A DNA stretch of 62,417 nucleotides from Candidatus Thorarchaeota archaeon (GTDB lineage Archaea; Asgardarchaeota; Thorarchaeia; Thorarchaeales; Thorarchaeaceae). The position numbers and the translations under genes are program-made. Numbering within the stretch: position 1 is the first letter of the stretch; each line of letters opens with the position of its first letter. A model generated the notes under the pieces. It did no database searches, was not told the DNA's origin, and was given only the letters and a program-made list of their open reading frames with translations. Below are positions 59,823-62,417 of this stretch, one piece after another. Location: positions 1 through 62,417 of the forward strand of contig JAEORO010000132.1 in the NCBI GenBank assembly GCA_016840855.1, written 5' to 3'.

Positions 59823-60310
59823 TCTACTACCTCCCCGGTCTTCAGTCCAATTATTTGCAATGCTATGTCGATACCTTCCCTCCTCGCTTTGAGTCCCGGT
59901 CTTTTAGCTTTAACTAGGCTGATTGCTCCATATTCACAAGCTTTGATGCATGCAGGATCTCCCCAGCAAAGATCGCACTTCACAGCTTTCAATGACTCTG
60001 GATCAATCTCTATTCCTCCATAGATGCATGCTGTGACACAGTTCATACAGCCAATACAGACCTCACTGTCTACAAAGAGCGTACCTTTTTCGTTGTATGA
60101 GATTGCTCCAGTTGGGCAGGCTTGTTCACATAGTGGTTCATCACATTGCAGACATACCATAGGAACTGTCAGGTTCCGAGGCTCGTCCTTGAGGATCTGT
60201 ATCCTTGATCTTCTAGGGTTGAACGATTTTGTGTGAGCAGAAGAACAAGCCAGTTCACAGTTCCTGCAACCAGTGCATTTGCGGAGGTCAATTGCTAAAA
60301 AGCTCTTCAA
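59819..60310 (-). CDS. 4Fe-4S dicluster electron-transfer subunit of AOR
   Basis: CTGCRNCELAC, CLQCDEPLCEQACP, CIGCMNC, KCDLC. Confidence 0.92.
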   Translation of the reverse strand: MKSFLAIDLRKCTGCRNCELACSSAHTKSFNPRRSRIQILKDEPRNLTVPMVCLQCDEPLCEQACPTGAISYNEKGTLFVDSEVCIGCMNCVTACIYGGIEIDPESLKAVKCDLCWGDPACIKACEYGAISLVKAKRPGLKARREGIDIALQIIGLKTGEVVE

Positions 60311-60488
60311 CAGGTGGTCTCTCCGATTGATTATACAACCTCTATCCTCTTACGTTTGCCACTTTAAGTTGTTGTCCTTTGTCCAATACATCTTACTAAA
60401 GTATATGAAGAACGTCTTCATCGAACCACACACCCATCAATACATGCCGCGCAAGTTAGGAGTTAGCAACTGACACAGAAGTGGGACC

Positions 60489-62288
60489 ATGAAAGAGTCG
60501 TATGAACGAGAGCCGTCCCCAAAAAGGAAGCAATTTCGCCAAGTGGCAGACGGTATGCTTATCCCTGTCTTCGAGTTTGACAAGAAGTTCATACTCCAAT
60601 ATGCTAATCCTCCTGCATTGAAACTCCTCCAACTCTCAAAGGACACAATCTCTCCAGACATGACTGCAGCGGATCTTGTAGCGCCTGAACAAATATCGCT
60701 CGTAGAGGATGGACTTAGATTGCTCCGAAATGGAGAAGATTCGGTATCTATCTCCTTGAGAGCTGTAAGAAGTGATAATGTCAGAATTCCAACTCAAGTC
60801 TACTCAAACACAATTGTTGACGATGGCAACATAACTGGATATGTCGTCTACGTTGTGGATTTGAGCAGGAGAGAAGTCGCAGAAGAGAAGATGTTGGCGC
60901 GAAAAGAGATTCTCGAGTTCATGGTTGACTACTACAGTTTTGCTGGCATGATTGTTGTTGATACTAATTATCAGTTTGAATACGTAAATGACAAAATGTG
61001 CGACATCCTCGGTCGGAGACGGAGTGAGCTCTTGGGGAACGATTTCAGGAAGTTCGTTCATCCTAACGATTTAGACCTTGTCGCTGCGAGGTATAAGAAA
61101 CGCCAAAGAGGTGAAACTGTCCCCTCTGTCTATGAGTTCCAAGTTGTCAGGAAGGATGGTGAAACTGCTGACATCCGAATGAATGTAGGAACTATTAGAA
61201 GCGGTGATGGAACAATAAAGACAGTCGCACAGCTTGTTGACATTACAGATGAAAAGAGAAGTGCATATGCACTTCAAGAGAGTGAGCGAAGATACAGGTC
61301 CCTCATTGAAACGATGGATTCTGGTCTTGGTGTGGATAATGCAGAAGGAAAGATGGTCCTGGCAAATGATGCTTTGTGCAAAATGATGGACTGCGAGGAC
61401 CCAGAGTCCCTCATTGGCATACCAATTACCGACATAATGCATGGATGGACAGAGAATCAAGTAATCGAGAAGATGGAAGAACGCAAGAGTGGCAAGATTG
61501 AGCACTATGAGGCTTCATTGAAGCACAAGTCTGGTGGGGTTGTCCCAGTAATGGTCAGTGCATCTCCCTTGTTCGGTCCAGATGGCGAGTACATTGGTAG
61601 TCTTGCCATATTCACTGACATCTCAGACGTGAAAAAGGCTGAAGCAGAAGTACACTTCCTTCTTGACCTATTACTTCATGACATTGGTAATCAACTTCAA
61701 CTCATATTAGCAGGAGGGGACTTTCTCGAGAAAGATGCATCTGCTGACCAAATCTTGCGGTCGAAGCGATACGTCATGGATGGGGCTTTGAGATGCCTTG
61801 AGCTCATCCAAAAGGTTCGAAAGGCAGAGGAAGCAAAGACAGAACCACTTTGTCCTGTAGATGTCATCGGAGTCATTCGTGCTGAATCTGAGCTGCTATT
61901 CAAACAACGTGGCGTGCGAGTTGATGTTGGAAAGTTGCCACCTAAGGTAATGGTGCTAGCTGACCAAGCACTGAGCCAGTTAATCTGGAATCTTTTTGAG
62001 AATGCTGTTGTGCATAATCCCAAATCAGATGATAAGAAAGAGGTAAAGGTGAAAGGCAGAGTTACAGGCGACCAATTTATTCTTAGCATCGCTGACAATG
62101 GTCCTGGCCTTACTGATGATAAGAAGCTAGCCCTTTTTGAGCCAACTCGTCGATATGGTGGAGTGGGGCTACATCTTGTCAGGAGGCTGGCGGAAAAGTA
62201 TGGCGGTGCACCTGAGGTGAAGGACCGTGTCAAAGGTAAACCTGACCATGGATTGAAAATCGTAGTCAATTTCCAGATTGCTGAGTAA
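60489..62288 (+). CDS. Soluble multi-PAS sensor histidine kinase
   Basis: Three PAS-like repeats, H-box HDIGNQLQ, NLFENA, DNGPG, GVGL. Confidence 0.92.
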   Translation: MKESYEREPSPKRKQFRQVADGMLIPVFEFDKKFILQYANPPALKLLQLSKDTISPDMTAADLVAPEQISLVEDGLRLLRNGEDSVSISLRAVRSDNVRIPTQVYSNTIVDDGNITGYVVYVVDLSRREVAEEKMLARKEILEFMVDYYSFAGMIVVDTNYQFEYVNDKMCDILGRRRSELLGNDFRKFVHPNDLDLVAARYKKRQRGETVPSVYEFQVVRKDGETADIRMNVGTIRSGDGTIKTVAQLVDITDEKRSAYALQESERRYRSLIETMDSGLGVDNAEGKMVLANDALCKMMDCEDPESLIGIPITDIMHGWTENQVIEKMEERKSGKIEHYEASLKHKSGGVVPVMVSASPLFGPDGEYIGSLAIFTDISDVKKAEAEVHFLLDLLLHDIGNQLQLILAGGDFLEKDASADQILRSKRYVMDGALRCLELIQKVRKAEEAKTEPLCPVDVIGVIRAESELLFKQRGVRVDVGKLPPKVMVLADQALSQLIWNLFENAVVHNPKSDDKKEVKVKGRVTGDQFILSIADNGPGLTDDKKLALFEPTRRYGGVGLHLVRRLAEKYGGAPEVKDRVKGKPDHGLKIVVNFQIAE

Positions 62289-62355
62289 CCTTGGCACACC
62301 ACAACTGTTATGTCACATGGGAGTAGATACCCGACTTGCAAGGAGGAATCAGGTC

Positions 62356-62417
62356 TTGCCACCGAAATCTATCCTCATAAAGAATGGATATGTCCTCACT
62401 CTAAATCCCCGACGTGA
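62356..62417 (+). CDS. Start of an amidohydrolase-family protein (truncated by window)
   Basis: TTG after GGAGG: MPPKSILIKNGYVLTLNPRR, typical N-terminus of Atz/Trz-type deaminases. Confidence 0.6.
   Translation, partial: MPPKSILIKNGYVLTLNPRR

Noticed and set aside
46804-62362. Long antisense ORFs in the track (e.g. 46804-47412, 48468-49088, 61697-62362)
   Set aside because: They shadow well-supported genes on the opposite strand and carry no recognisable motifs
1-62417. Whole-genome TAG or TGA reassignment; CRISPR arrays; IS elements
   Set aside because: Many conserved genes end normally at TAG and TGA; no spaced repeats or transposase motifs seen

Overview
Archaeal chromosomal window with no mobile elements or CRISPR arrays seen. 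It is most consistent with an Asgard archaeon, possibly Thorarchaeia-like; this is an inference from the archaeal information-processing genes plus a roadblock protein, a Get3-type ATPase, Sec machinery and a multi-PAS kinase. In order it holds: part of the S10/spc ribosomal cluster (rpl22 to rpl5); hypD, mobA and an hdrA-mvhD fusion/hdrC/hdrB/hdrA cluster; GGGP synthase, roadblock and map; two complete TFB paralogues plus a TFB-like cyclin-fold protein; aIF1, rpoP, a Get3-type ATPase with an unannotated 32-aa membrane microprotein, uppP and endA; a compact selenocysteine locus (selB, SepSecS, unknown ORF, tRNA-Sec(UCA), with pstK convergent); leuS; an mvhDG pair lacking mvhA; and a W/Mo-AOR region (moaD, cyclic amidohydrolase, PreA-like flavoprotein, tandem CLC-CBS genes, PAS kinase). 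The best leads are the unknown gene and the amber-interrupted ORF in the Sec locus, the Get3/microprotein pair, a possible ferredoxin-linked nucleobase catabolic module, and several structured non-coding elements. All family calls come from motif recognition by eye; no searches were run.
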